64,000 bases of DNA from Balanoglossus misakiensis (lineage: Eukaryota; Animalia; Hemichordata), in assembly GCA_040954595.2 (NCBI GenBank), contig CM082583.2, positions 156,542 through 220,541 of the forward strand. The letters run 5' to 3'. Of the stretch, positions 14,780-29,746 are shown piece by piece. The position numbers were made by a program, and so were the translations under genes. The notes beneath the pieces are model-generated. The model saw only the letters and a list, made by a program, of their open reading frames with translations. It had not been told where the DNA came from and did no database searches. Every line of letters starts with the position of its first letter. Position 1 is the stretch's first letter.

Positions 14780-15285
14780 AGGCACGTAAGCTGCAACTGG
14801 ATAAAAAAATTAAAGTTTTAAATAATCTCATATATGCTTTTAATTATGTCTATTAAATGATATTTCATGATAATATATCAAGCTCAACACTTATTTATGA
14901 CACAATGGCCAAAAATTAAAGAAAAAACGAAAATTCCTGCAATTTTAAAAAAAGTGCAATATTGCAATGAAAAATGGAAATCTGATGTCTCAGTGGTGTA
15001 CATTTACTTCCATGAGCTCAAGTGGATGAGATCATGTTTTGTTTATGAAGTTTCAAAACCGGAAATGCAACATTTTCATTGTTTCTTGCATTTTCCCAGG
15101 GTGGCGGCCATAATCGCTTGCGGCAAAGCTTTATTATTTATCTGGTTAAAACTTGCATATGCACTCATATTTAGGGTTTATAATGCTTGTGTATAGTTCA
15201 CTGCCTTCATCTGCATGGACTAATGGTAGTGCAGTTTTAAACAAAAATTATGAAAATTATCCCAAAAGTTACAGCTTACGTGCCT
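14780..15285. mobile_element. 506-bp non-autonomous TTAA transposon (Kolobok-like)
   Basis: 19-bp TIR AGGCACGTAAGCTGYAACT, TTAA TSD; empty site at 61976-61979 in copy 3. Confidence 0.9.
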
Positions 15286-16259
15286 TTAAGTGAAAGATTA
15301 CACAGTAATGCCCAAACTTTAAGTGCTGACTCACCATCTATATTAGTGTAGTATCCATCTTCACACACCTCTGGCTCCGACATACCATCATATTGGCACT
15401 TATACCCGGGGCAGGACAAGGCGTACAGTCTATACTTCCATTGTTGGCAAAATATCCCAGTCCGCATTGTGTTGGTGATGAGAGGCTGGCTGTTCCACAC
15501 ATGAAACCCCTGGACACAGCGTGCATGCTTCAGAACATGCTGAACTTTAACTTCCAGCTGCGCAGTCCTGTAGGAGTGAAGACGTCAACTATTAAGGAGG
15601 TTTAGGAGCCCTCTAGCCAGCAAACTTCATCAAGGATGTACGTGCAGAACATAAACCGGAAACACTGCGTGTCCGGTCTTTTTCCCATAGGATTACATTG
15701 ATAATCGCCAGAAAACAAACTTCTACTATTGTCATTTTCACGAAATTTTACACATAGCTCAGTCCAGCAAATATAAATTCATTGGTCAAATAAAATATAG
15801 GGGTCACCGCGCTCTTTTTTGAGATAAATTGCATTAAGAATTTTGGCCATAGACAAACAAACCATTGGTGAAAAATGCTGAGTCAGCAGATTTCTTCTAT
15901 TATCGACCAATTTCATGGCTCTGTATTTCAAAAACAAGCGCGGTGACCCCTATATTTTATTACGGATTTTCATTATACATACAAAAGAGAATAAAAAAAT
16001 CCACAATTAAAAAAAATGACAATACTTTCCATTTTATTGAACGTACATCCTTAATGTTACTTAGGTAGTGGAGCACCAAAACCCAAATTTTCATATCGAT
16101 TGTGTATTTTGTGATAAAAGCACCAAACTTGGCTCAGATGTGTGTTAATGTGTACTGAACAAATTCAGATAGCGAGTCACTAAATATCTGTTGAAGAGTT
16201 TCCATGGCAACCAATTTTTTTTCAAAATGGCCGCAAATACAGATAATCACACCTGTTAA

Positions 16260-16869
16260 AGGGGAAATCCGCTGTAGCTGATTTCTACATAATTTGGTAG
16301 CTTTGATGTCTCTCTTTCAGAAAAAAACATATTCGCCATGTATAGGTCGCGCGATTTTTTACAAAATTTAGGGAAAGTTGGCAGAATTTCCAATATGGCG
16401 TTTACTGTAATTTGAATCATGGGGAAAAAAGCGCCAGGACCAACTTCCGCCCACCTTGGTGTGGGTGATACCATTTTCCGATTGGTGTCACTGTGTCACA
16501 AGCTAAGCGTATTTGCATATTTTTCATGGGTTATAGCTCATGAAAACTGTCAATAGATGACAAATTTTCGACTTTGCTGATGATTGTTTATCAACTGATG
16601 CAAAGAACAAACAATAGCTATGAAAATACGCCTAGTCTGTCGACCAGTGACACCAATCGGAGAATGGTATCACCCACACCATGGTGGGCGGAAGTTGCTC
16701 CTGGCGCTTTTTTTCCCATGATTCAAATTACAGTAAACGCCATATTGCCAACTTTCCCTAGATTTTGTAAAAAATCGCGCGACCTATACATGGCGAATAT
16801 GTTTTTTTCTGAAAGAGAGACATCAAAGCTACCAAATTATGTAGAAATCAGCTACAGCGGATTTCCCCT
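16260..16869. mobile_element. Palindromic MITE with TTAA TSD (Kolobok-like), private to copy 2
   Basis: AGGGGAAATCC...GGATTTCCCCT; roughly 230-bp inverted arms; TTAA at 16256-16259 and 16870-16873; single TTAA at the empty sites in copies 1, 3 and 4. Confidence 0.92.
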
Positions 16870-17199
16870 TTAAACATCAAAATAAATTCAGATTACAATA
16901 TTTGAAACAAGAAACTACGGAAAGAATGGTTTGCAATAGAACTATGGTTATTAAACTACAAATGTACTTATAAGGGTAACTAAGGGATCAAAATACAGGT
17001 GCAACTTTCAATCCCTGGTACTCGCATTAGTATAGGTGCTCCCCCTAGTCAAACATTACGGCTAGTTGCGATATTTAACTTGAAGTACGTAAATTACACA
17101 CACACGAATCGCAACAGTTAGCGAGTCACTAAATATCTATTGAAGAGTGACTATGCAGTATTCAAGATCCACCCTTTCCACAATACGTGTGAACTTCTA

Positions 17200-19160
17200 C
17201 TCTCTACATGGAATGTCCGCTCAGCTAGATGCAAATCATTAGACATTGCAGACTACATCACAGATAAAGAAATTGATATTCTTGTACTCACTGAAACATG
17301 GTTGAAGGAATCTGGTGACGAACACGTAATGGCTGAATGTACACCACCAGGCTATGCTGTCAAACATCTACCTGGGGTTGGCAAGATCGGTGGAGGCTTA
17401 GCTTAAATTCATAAGCTAGCACTAAAATAAACAGCTTGGAAGCCTATTCTCTCTGTTAAATCTTTTGAGGCAGCGGAAGCAACTATTCTTCACCAGAAAC
17501 TTTCCATGAAAATAATTCTTGTCTACCGTCCACCACCATCAGTTAATAATAAATTCACCGCACCACAGTTCATGGAAGAGTTCAGTACAACACTTGAGAA
17601 GTATGTCACCTGCTCAAGTAATCTCTTCATCGTAGGAGATTTCAATATTCACCTAGAAGATGATAAGAATCCAGTAACACAGAAATTCAATGGAATCATC
17701 AGCGCCTGTAATCTGAAACAATGGGTCCAACAACCAACACACAGAAAGGGTCATACTCTTGATCTCATCTTATCTAACTCTGCGTCTAACATCAAGAGTG
17801 TCTCTGTAGACTGCTTGGAACTCTCTGATCACAATCCTGTCAATGCAAAACTTGCTCTTCCGAAACCAACACACAGTAGACGTCAAATATCTTATCGTCA
17901 TATCTGCCATTTCAATTGATAGTTTCAGCCATGATCTCGACAAAATACATCAAATGTCCTAGCCTCCAAATGACCTCTCCTCAGCCATATCAGCTTATAA
18001 CCAACCCGTCAGTCTCCATCTAAAACACGTGTACTTGATCTCATCCCAACAGCACTTGATAAGCAATGTCTTGGTAATCTGCTCACTATCATAGCCACAA
18101 TTATCAATTTGTCACTCAAAACTGGAACTGTTCCTGAATAACTTAAAATAGCAGTCATCACACCAATATACTCAAGAAACCTTCGCTCGACAAAAACATT
18201 TTCAAGAACTATAGACCAGTTTCAAACCTAACCTTCCTGTCAAAAGTAATCGGGAAGATTGTAGCACAACAACTGACATCATATTTGACTACCAACTCAC
18301 TACAAGAACCACTGCAGTCAGCGTACCGAAAGGATCACAGTACCGAAACAGCACTTACTAAAGTCAACAACGATATTTGTATGGCACTGGATGCCGGTAA
18401 ATGTGTACTCATGGTTCTCCTCGATCTCTCCTCTGTGTTTGATACCATAGATCACGACACAATCATCTCAAGGTTATCAAAACTGGGCATCACCAACATC
18501 GCACTACAATGGTTCTCATCATATCTTAAGAACAGACAGCAGTTTGTATGGCACAATGTCAGAACCTCAATATCTACAATATGGAGTACCACACAGTTCA
18601 GTGCTTGGCCCACTTTTGTTCTGCAGCTACATCCAACCACTTGCTCAACTTATTTGTCACCACAACATCAATTTTCACCAATATGCCGATGACAACCAAC
18701 TATACCAATATTTCTTCCAGTTAGACACCATAAGTACATTAGACAAGATGGAAAGGGCAGTTCACGAAATAAAAACCTGGATGACACATAATAAACTTCA
18801 ACTAAATGTTGGCAAACCCGAGGTACTCCTGATAAGGTCTCAGTTCAACCGCTCGCCTCGTCCCATAAACCACATGAGCATTGGATCATGTTGTGTTCAA
18901 ATTGTGAATTCTGCACGGAATATAGGTGTGACATTCGACGACAATTACACTTTCAATAAGCACATTAATGCAATTTGCAAGTCAATTTTCTTCCATCTGC
19001 GTCAAATCAGCCACATTCGCCGTTACCTCACTAAGGAAGTTTGCCAGATGCTGGTTCATGCTCTAATCACATCAAAACTGGACTACTGCAATGCAATACT
19101 CTGTGGTTTACCATCATCATGCATTCAACCGCTACAGCATGCCCTGAATTCTGCAGCCAC
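17200..19160 (+). mobile_element. Decayed L2/CR1-group LINE, copy 2
   Basis: Same as 690-2650 at offset +16510. Confidence 0.92.
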
Positions 19161-19669
19161 CATGGCCTCCTTCACAAAAACCTCACCAGACCCCATAATG
19201 CCTCCATCTCTTACACCACACCTTATACCCACCACAAATCCTAGCCATCACCCAACATATCATAGTCCAAACAATCCAAACCCAATCAAAATTGACCCTA
19301 GCCCCACTTATCAAGCCATCAATGCTCAACGGCAACCCAAATAACACTTAACTTAAAGATTGGCATAAATCCAAACTCATACCACTGCGACCCCAAATAT
19401 ACAACACAAAGACTCAATCACGAACCAATACCTACCATTTGTAGCAAATACACGACCAAAGATTTGATCCCATCTATCATCCATATATCATCAGAAAGTT
19501 GGGACGATGAGCAATGGGGCAGAGACTGATCATCAAAAATTTGAGACAGGGAATTCCAACAAATGAGATCATTAAGTTAAATATGCAAAGCAAATCAGAA
19601 AAGAGAATCAGAAGATTTTCTCCGAAGGACACCTTGCAAATTCATGATTGGAAAGACACTGCAGTCACA

Positions 19670-20860
19670 TGTATATTGTAGTGTCCAAACACTAGTGAGC
19701 ATCTATACTTTATACATTCTGTAAACTGACGTAATGCAACATTCGGGTCATTATGAATAAAGTGCGTGAATGAGGCTAGGCACTCTCACTCTTACATGCC
19801 GGACTTGGTGTCTCATGTTGTCATTATTGCCCACCCACGATTCTATATTTGGCGACGAGGACGGAGAACATGGAGAATCAGCTAGCCGTCAATGCCGAGT
19901 TTTCCTGTTCATTCAGTCTCGACAACCACCAGTACGAGATGGAAAAAGTACATGGTTAGAGTAGAAAACGCATTTGTCGCATTCAACATTACAGATGACA
20001 AGCGACAACGTGCACTGCTATTGCACTGGGCAGGTGAGGAAGTTTCCGACTTCTTTGATACTCTACCAGATACAGGAACGAGCTGTGAAACAGCCAAATT
20101 AAAGCTTACGTCGTACTTCTCACCCAAACGGAACATTGAATACGAACGATTCATCTTCAGAGACACCATACAAAACAACGGCGAATCGATTGATGCCTAT
20201 CACACTTGTTTGCAACGCCTAGCAGAAACATATGTGACTTCACCAATAAGGATCAAGAGGTCAAATCACAAATCATACGAGGATTCACATCAGCCCGTCT
20301 CAGACGTCGTGCTCTTTGGGAGGAGACGACACTAGAGAATCTACTGAGTACAGCCCGTTCATTTGAGGTATCAGAGGTTCAGGCTAGTGGGATTGAGAAG
20401 AAAACCCAAAATTATGGTGCAGATACGGCATCTGTGAATGCGGTCAGAAAACAGCGCCACCAACGCCCGAAACCAAATAAACAAAAGAGAGCTCATCAGC
20501 AGCCAGCGAAAGGACCGTCCACTTGTTATTATTGTGGTGGCACCTATCCACATGACTCAGTATGTCCAGCTAAAGGCAAGTCATGCAGGAAGTGTGGCAA
20601 ACCTAACTATTTTGCCAAATGCTACCGATCAAAAGGCAAGGCAAATAGGGTAGACAAGGATGAAACTGTCAAAGCTGTGCATAAAGTGGAAGACAGCTCG
20701 GGAGATGAATACTGCTTCACTGTACAACAATCAAATGGCAGGAGGCCTCAAGTAACAGTGCAGATAGAACAAACAGCAGTTGCCTCACTGATCGACCCTG
20801 GTTCTACAATAAACATGATGAGTGTAAACACATACAACAACCTAAAGAACAAACCCATGT
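19670..20860 (+). mobile_element. Mag-like Gypsy 5' fragment, copy 2
   Basis: Same as 3160-4350. Confidence 0.85.
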
Positions 20861-23800
20861 GGCAAACAGAAAGCCCGTTTTACCACTGTCAGCAGTGCAT
20901 TATTGAGTATTTTAGCATCGCTGGATTTAGCTCTCGTCCAATCAGAATTGCGGACGGTAGCATGATATAATATAATTGAGAATAAATCTCGCGACAAGTG
21001 TACAGTTTGACAATGTACACAGATAATCCGTTTCAACAATGTTTCCTTTGTAGTGTGAATAAAACTGCACACTTTGCAAGTTTTCAACTTCAAAACACTA
21101 TGGCTATTACAGAGACAAAGCTGCTAATATACAGTGTATACCTGTCATTTTTGTTTGTGGTGAGATTTTCATTGGCACAGTCGCACAGAGCTCACACAAG
21201 AGGAAATTACACTTTCTGTTGAATTCACTGCATCCTGCTAACTTTAAGTCATATATCCAGTGAAACATTAAGTTATAGAATTTTCCATCGCAGTATTCTG
21301 TTTTATATACATGTATAGCAGTCCCACACATATTGATTAATTTGACAAAAGAAACTGACTGACAATTTTCACAGCGCTCCCAGTATAGCATCCTTGGCAG
21401 GTGCACGTCAATGCCCCACACGAGGTTAGGGTTGGCAAGTGCTGCCATTTTGACATGGGTTGTTAGCACTGATCAATTCCTACGCATGACAGAAAAATGA
21501 AGAATTAGGCTATGGGCCGGACCTGCCTATCGTTTCAAAACGCACTCTGTATATTAGGGTCTATTTCTTTTACATAAAAACAAGTCTTCTTGCTCTAATA
21601 TGATAAAAGAAAAAAACTTCAACTTAAATATTGCGTCCTCAGAGGTAATATCGAGCCCTAAAAATCAGGTATGCTAATGCGGTTAAAGGTCGTGCAGTTC
21701 TCCTTATAACAAGCGATCTTATTGGTGGTTACGTGACTGCACCAATCACAGAATGCGTTATGTCACTCAGCAATTACACACGCAGGGCCAACTATCAGGC
21801 AGCTACATGTATACTAGTATACATGTTACAGAAGATTAAACAGAATTGTTGGTAAGGAAAGTTTGAGCAGACTAGTCCATTCAATGTAAAAAATGGTGCT
21901 GATTCCAAAAAAGTCAGTCTTATTGACCCCTTTCAAGACAAAATTGCCATTTTTGCCACTTTTAACCCAAAAGGTCATTTAAAAAACACTCAAAACACAC
22001 TGTTTTCATCACATTCGGAGATCTGATGACATTTGAGGATTATGCGGAAACAGTGACACACCAGAATAAAAATTACAGGTGACATTTGCAAGCAGATATG
22101 ATCTGACCATATAGAAATATGGAATGTAAAAACATTAACAAGGAACATGCCCAATAAACTGTCATGTGTCATGGCAGTCTTACAAGTGGTGCTAGAAAAA
22201 AAAAATGACCAAAAATTGTCTGTACAAACACATATGCGAAGCAACTTCTTTCAGTCAGCCCTGGAACAGACACACACTGACCTGCCACTGGTAATTAAAA
22301 TTTGATAGCTGGTGATCTCTGTAACAGCTGGCCTATTTAAGTTATGTAAACATGTCTTTGTTCGAGGTAACAACTCCTTGTAAATAGTAACTTTAAAAAC
22401 AACTGGACAATTTGTTTAGGAGAAGATTTGCTAACCAAAAACTAAGAAACTTACCAAAAAAAAGTCGCTAAATATTTAATCTTTCTGATCTCAGAACTGA
22501 ATAAAAGTTGCACATATACAGGTATGTGTTATGAAATTATATCCTAAATTTCAAAGCAATCAGAGAAAAAACTAATTTCAAAGCAATCCAACAAGCAGTT
22601 TCACAGAAAATATTTGTTCAAAAGTGGCAAAAACACAAATATGCAAATATCACCAAAATTGTACAATATCTTACTTCAATCACTACAAGGAACATGCTGC
22701 CTAAGTTCAATGCAATAGGACAAGCGGTTTCAGAGAAAACAATTTTTGACAAAAATTGCAAAAGTTTCCCCGATAACACATTTATGCAAATATCTTTTTT
22801 TTTACAACATATTATTTAGGTTACCCCTACGAACATGCCTACCAAATTGGAAAGCAATCTGGCATGAGGTTTTAAAGAAAAACATTTTTTGACCAAAAAT
22901 GGCAAATATTGCTCAAAATTATAGATATGCAAATTTTGCAACAATTTGAACAAAACTATGGTTACTTAGACAACATTAGGAGGCTTCATACTAAATTTCA
23001 AAGACTTTTTACCAATAACATGGAAAAATACAAAAAAATGCAAAAAAAATAGGAAATCGATAATATTAGCTCAAAACATACAGGATTGTATGAGGTTGAT
23101 ATAAGGTACATGCATACCAATTTTCAAATCAATATGACCAGTGGTTGTCCAGTTTTTGAGTTTTGACCAATTTCACATTTTCCCAGCTAATTTGCATATT
23201 TTTGGCAATGACATCTTCATTTGAACAAACTCCCATCTACAGCCCTGCCTGCATCTACACGCCAAATATCGAGGTCATACGCGCTGCGGTTTTCAAGTTT
23301 TCGATGTGGACGGACATACAGACATACATCCATCCATCCATCCATCCATACATACAGACGTAACCAATCCCATAAGGTCCCATGGTACATACCAATGGGA
23401 CCTAAAAACTTGTGACTTACATGTAACACATGTTTGCCCAGTGTAGCAGGTTGGACAGTTGCAGGTGTAGATTGAGCAGGAGCCTTGAAGTGGCTGATAC
23501 ACTCCGTTATTCAGACATGGGTTTAGAAGACACTGGTTGATCGCTAAGGGTGAGAGAAATGAAAAGTATCACATTAGGGTCTTACACACTTGAGTGGGAA
23601 GTGAAATCTGTAGCAGACTGTCAGAAGATTGCACATCCGTGTGATCATGTTCATGTGTGAAGGATGATGAAGACCACTTGATCCAAGCTTGGTGCTACCA
23701 TCTTTATCATAATTACAGCATCTTATAATATTTACTAGTTGGGGGTGGGGTGGGGTGGGGGTGGGGGTAGTTGATGTCATAACTTTCTGATGTTTCAATT

Positions 23801-26800
23801 TACGGTTGGAAAAATAGCAACATCTACTCTGATGAGCATTTGAGTCAATGAAAGTATACATCATGGCTACGGTAGTGCATATAAGTCTCTTGGTTAGCTG
23901 CACAATCACAGGCAACTTTATTGAGACAATATCAATGACAAAGCCCAGCGATTTCTACTTTGTGCGGCAAATCTGACACTGGTTTGCTTACGTTCAGCGC
24001 ACGTGGTTCCGATGAAACAGCGCGAACTCTGGCATCTGAACTCGGTGCAGGACACTTGCTGGCAGAATCCACTGTTTAGACAAGGGTTGGGCTGACACAG
24101 ATTCAAATCTGTGCACAGAAGAGAAAGTGATATAAATTGTGTACAGTTAATATTTACTACATATACTTTAAACAGATTTGTTCAGTCAGGGTTGAGTGGT
24201 AAAAATCTCAGTTGGTCAACAGAACATCACTGTGACAAATTTCTTCCATGTTCAACAAAAGAAACGTAATGAAATTTTGACACAGGTGTAATAGTGTCTT
24301 AGTGTACCATACGGTGCAGGTTGTTGTTTGGTCAAATACACAATCCCCTTTTATGGCACACACATTCTTAATAAATTTCCCCAAAATTGTGTCGTTATTC
24401 ACTGTTTGATACAGGTTGGAAGAAACCAACTGCAAGCCGATTATGTGTTATGTTATTATGTTCCTCTTCATCTGAAATTTAAAATCACTCACATGTCTGA
24501 CATAAATCGCTGGAGTAACAGCTTGTACAGGAGCATGTGAATTCAGTACACCAATTGGGCGTCAGCACACAGTTTCCACCATTCTGACACTGGATGGGTT
24601 GACACTGGTTGACAGCTGTGGGATGTGCAGTCAAGATATTGTCAAAATTACAGAATCTACAAACTACACTCCACAGTCATGTACATGTATACATGACAAC
24701 AACCAAAGGGCTGTTTTGAAAAACCAAATGCTGTGAAATCCTTTAGAGTGTGACAAGAAACCACAGTTGCAACCGAAAACAAAAATAGTGATAACATTAA
24801 GCTAGCCCAAAGTTTGAGTTACCAGGGCTTTAATATGTGTACCGTACTTATATTATATAATACATAACAAGTGTTTTGCATTGAATAAAATAATATTGGT
24901 TTGTACTTACGCATTGTAAATGTGGCACCAGTGAAGCATTCGGTACACATACAGTCAAACAGGAAACAGCCGTCTCGCGCAACGCATGTGCCACCATTTT
25001 GACAAGGCATAGAGTATAACTGATCAATGGCTGCCAAAACAAAAATGAAAGTATCAATTACCTGCTTGTCAAAAACTTGTACATGTACTTGTGATGTTCA
25101 TTTCGTTTAAATATGTGAGCAATGTCTTCATTCCTTGTTTCAAACCTGTACATTTAAAATAACATAATGATGCTATTGCTAGGATTTTTCTGTAAGAATC
25201 TTGAAAAATTAAAAAATGTGCCGTCAACATGATACAGAAGGCTTTCCTTTTTAACGTGCATCTCACACTCAATTTTGACCCTACATCAGCAAATTTTGAA
25301 AGGATGAAACTTAGTAATGCTTCCACCCCATTTATTGGTGTATGGGTCCATCTATCACATTGAGAATACCAAAAATGAGGGTTTATATACCACGCTGTGT
25401 CATAAAACAGTAATTCGACACACCTACGGCACAGATGGCCCCAGTCCAACACTACTGGCAGTAACAGGTGTAGTCAGTATAAGAATTTGGTGTTTGGGAA
25501 CAATAGCCTCCATTTTGACACGGATTCTGATCACATGGGTTAATGACTATCAGAAAAAAAATAGTTTAAAAAACATGAAATGCAGATGGCTACACCTCAA
25601 CCAAAGATGATTCCTGCACCACAACAAAATCCTTTGACACAAGCATTATACTGGAACCATACCCAGAACACGCATTAAGTATATGATGAAGGGACAATGT
25701 CTCTATTTTGGGTAATACAGTAAAACCTGTCTTTATGGACACCTCTCTAATCAGAACACCTAGTAAGATTGATTTTTCAAGCCAAATAGTAAGGATAATT
25801 AAGGACGTCTCTTTTACTTAATACTCAGATGTGTGCACCACCTTAGGAGAGATTACCTCATATGCACAATTATCTCTACAGACACTAGTCTTCAAGAGGC
25901 AACTCTTGTATATTTGAGTGATGAAAACATCCAGCTTCGTACACTTCCTCACAAGTTCGTGCCTATCCTAAATTGCACGGACATACAAATGAAATTTCTG
26001 TTTTCTTTTCTCTTGTGGAAATTTTAGAAATGAGAAGTTACCACACAATTCAATTGCCATGAAGAGAAAGTGCCCAAAAGATTGTCATTTACGGTACGTC
26101 AGAAACTTACATATTTCACAACGGTTACCCTCATAGCAACCAGTACAGGCACAGGTATATGCCGTGCAGGAGTTGGCCACTGCATTACATACAGCCCCGT
26201 TGAGACAGCTGTTTCGCTGGCATGGATCTTGGACTGCAATAAAAAGTGCAACCTAATGTTATCTCAGCAATATTTACTTTCAAAATCTGTTTGATAAAAA
26301 CATCATCATTACCATTACTGTAAATACTGAACGGAACTTCACTTCCAAAAACAACTTGCTCATTCTGGGACGCACTTGTGGGGCTATGAAAATCTCTGTA
26401 TATGTATCTTGTGTAGGGAAAATTTTCATGAACGATCAACATTTTTTTCTTCAAATAAACATGTTTTCTTTCAGTTGTACATCATTTTTTAGGTGAACGA
26501 TTCCCAAGGCCCAAGGTGTGATGCTGAAGATGAAAATATAAAGTATGACCAACAGACAATGTATTGAGACATGATTGTAAATGTTAGTTCCTGCATGACA
26601 AAATGTTTGTTTTAATGAGTTTTACACTGGCTGCAGTGTGTGCCGGTGAAACATCCTGGACAAGTACACTCATAAGTTGTACACGACAGCCGAGTACACT
26701 GCCCATTGTTCAGGCATGGACTTGGCCTACATGGAGTTTGTTCTGTTTCAATGGAATGAAAATAAATAAATAGTAGTGACATAAGTTTTTAGGGTATGAC

Positions 26801-27667
26801 AATTTCCTTAATTCCTACAGCTGTGGTTCTATCGGGTTCTCCTATAACTAAGCCTCCTTAATGTATAACTGAACAATAAGAATTACTTATTATACTTTTG
26901 GGAGTTTAGGACTTAGTAATTGCAAAAAAGACTCAATTCCTGAAAGTGCCTATTTGGTTTGTCACATCCTAAATATACAGGTAATTTCATAGCTGCCAGC
27001 TATGACAAATATACCGGTATGAGGGGGGAAAAACAGTTCCTCGTCTGATAAATTTACCTTGGTCACAGGTGATTCCAATGATACAGCCTTGACAGCGACA
27101 GGTAAACGCACTGCACGATCCACTGATTGGCTCACAGATACCGTTGTTCATGCACGGATTGGGAGAACATTGATCGAGTCCTGGGGGTTGCATGTAAATC
27201 AACCAACAATTGCACATTAACATCACAAGTCATTTCACTATTTTTTCATTCCAAACTTAAAAGATTGCTTGTAACTTGCTGAACAAATATTCATATGGAC
27301 AGACTATTCTAGCTTGGAACAGGCAAAATCAAGGGTGCCCTGACGCCCAACTTTTAAGAGCAGTTCATTTACTGAAACTGCCAGCACCCAATATTATCCC
27401 ACATGTAATCAATATGTGGAAATCAAATACATCTGTAACAGTTTTAATTTACCATGTGGGTATTTGCATGGAGGGCCATGGTATTTGTTACCTACTGATA
27501 AAATACCCTTCAAAACAATATCCTCATTTCTTCAGAAGTTTGGCAACAAGACCAATAAAGTTTCACATCAAAATTTACAATGTATAAATAAGCTTAAAAG
27601 ATCTACGGAATGAAGATGGCTTGTTTGTTTGCAGGGTGTCTTGAAAGTATATACTCACTTGTTTGAC

Positions 27668-28552
27668 CATGGACCCTAGAGAAAGAAGGACGCGCAACTC
27701 CAGTTTTTTCTTGAAATGATGTTCTTTTGCATACATTATTTCCAGATAAATCCCAATAATCCAATTTGCAAATAAACTGTGTATAAACTAACGCAAAGTC
27801 TCGTGTTTTGTGTGAAGTTATCACAACACCTCAGAACATCTCGCAGAAGACGAGAAAACTGCAACGTGGTTGAACGCAGCGATTATTTATGGAACACATC
27901 TGGACAAGTTAAACAGGAATTTGAATCTGAGTCTGACAGCGTCCAAAACAAGCATCTTTTGTCTAACAGTCCGGGTATTTCACAAGGCTGTGAGATAACC
28001 GTACCGAGGGTTGCCTGGCGGCCATAGCGCACACATGATAATCCACCCAGTTTGTTTACAAATTGTTTTCGTGAAATCTGTTTTATTGTTCACGCAATGC
28101 GAAATAAAATGCCCCTAAACCACAATTTTTATTTCAATGCTTCACGCAAACATAAAATTATTACGAAAAGTGTCAGCGTTACTAAGAAATATGAGTGCCC
28201 AGTCGGACATGCAAAAAACATGGATGATTTGTTTACAATTTTTAAATGAAGCTTGTGGCACTAGAAATGACCGTTCAACCGACAGACGAACACCAAACCA
28301 TAATAATTAGCACAGACATCGTAATACTTTTAGAATTTTAGAAAAAAATGCAGTGGCTGCTGAAATGCAGTAGTGCCAGTTTGGTGGCAAGTTTTCGCAT
28401 CACTGGTGGGGTCGACACGTGCCGAAGTAAGGAAGTCATTGTCCGACTGTCCTGGGTGTTAATTATATACAAAAAAACATCATCATACAGATAATCCCCA
28501 AACCCTTTGATCTTTGCCGCAGTTGCTCGCCCTTCTTTCTCTAGGGTCTATG
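27668..28552. mobile_element. P-like non-autonomous transposon, copy 2
   Basis: Same TIRs and TSD as 11159-12044. Confidence 0.8.
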
Positions 28553-29746
28553 GTTTGACAGATGTCACCTGTGTAATAGTTCACACACTGGCATGAATAG
28601 AAATTGCACGATGTTTGCTGGCAAAATCCACCATTCATACATGGGTTGGGATCACAGGGGTTTTGCACTGGAAATTAAGAAAGGACGCCATTTTATTCCT
28701 TGCTACTCATTCTACAGTACAGATATGGCAAAAACCTTGCAGAATTATGGCAAGGGTGTGTGGAGTGATTGTGCCTACAACTTATATTAGGCTGGTATCA
28801 AGTTGTTCACACCTCCATAGATCACGTGGCAGTGACTGTGAGGCAAGGGCTTCCCTTCATGAAATCAAAGACCTGTGTACTGGAGGAGGGTTCCTTGCAA
28901 ATGCTTGACTTGACTTCAAGCACACCTGTAGACTCATATGTAAATTTACACTATCTGGCCTGGAGTGAGAATTTCCATAGTGGATGTGTGTTGACAAAAG
29001 GCAGTAAAATTGGCCAGTCGCGCATAATGTTTCTTGAACCAAGACAATCAAGACATTATGCGCCACGAAAGTGATTTTGATTGGAAAGAGTGTAATCTTG
29101 CATTCGATGTCAAGAACTCTCCAAGCTCTGCTGTGGTGATGGCTACACCTATGCTCAGGAAACATGCAGTATTTGAATGAGACTGCGCTGTATACTTACA
29201 TATCTCACACCTATCACCTTTGTAGCAACCAGTACATATGCAGGTGAGATCAAAGCAGGAATTTCGAGCCGGTTGACAGAAGCCACCATTCTGGCACGGA
29301 TTTGGTTGACACTGGTTGAGTCCTGCAAGGAAAAGGGTCAAATTTTCCATGATCATCAGGGGTGAGTTTCCTTCAAAAATTGTGATGTGACAAACCGACA
29401 AATTAGCATATTAGCATAATCAGAATAAATAAAAAAAATGCACAGGTAGTTTAAAAGAACAAAAACTTTCGAAACGGAATAGAGCTAAGCTGCTATCCCT
29501 TTCTATTTTTGTGTTTGTACAACATCAGTGAAGTTTAAATCATAATAAAAAAATGATAATTATCATTATTAACTGCTACAGATTCAAACTTACTTGTCTC
29601 ACAACTGGTTCCCTAGTAACACTCTGTGCACATGCAAATTGTGGCAGTACAAGAATTTACCTGTTGTTGGCAGGTACCTCCATTGAGACAAGGACTTCAT
29701 AAGTTGTCTGAAAACACCAGTTTGCCCAATTTTCAATAATGTATAG

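Larger units (their letters stand above)
6911..15567 (-). pseudogene. Disabled exon cluster of an extracellular Cys-rich/EGF-repeat gene, copy 1
   Basis: AG/GT-bounded CxxCPxG exons: 15335-15567, 14224-14354, 13836-13969, 13255-13452 (TAA at 13376-13378), 12922-13018. EGF exons: 11150-12159 (split by a transposon), 10549-10671, 10116-10232, 9601-9723, 8914-9036 (TAG), 8401-8520, 7983-8105, 7482-7598, 6911-7033. Confidence 0.85.
1..15896. repeat. Tandem segmental repeat, copy 1 (boundary set by the window start)
   Basis: The sequence at position 1 (CTATTATCGACCAA...) recurs at 15897, 33494 and 62600; ORFs recur at fixed offsets (630/17140/34111). Confidence 0.95.

Noticed and set aside
16256-16873. 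Mirror-image ORFs (MVSPTP...SYSGFPL) on opposite strands
   Set aside because: Artefact of the palindromic MITE arms.
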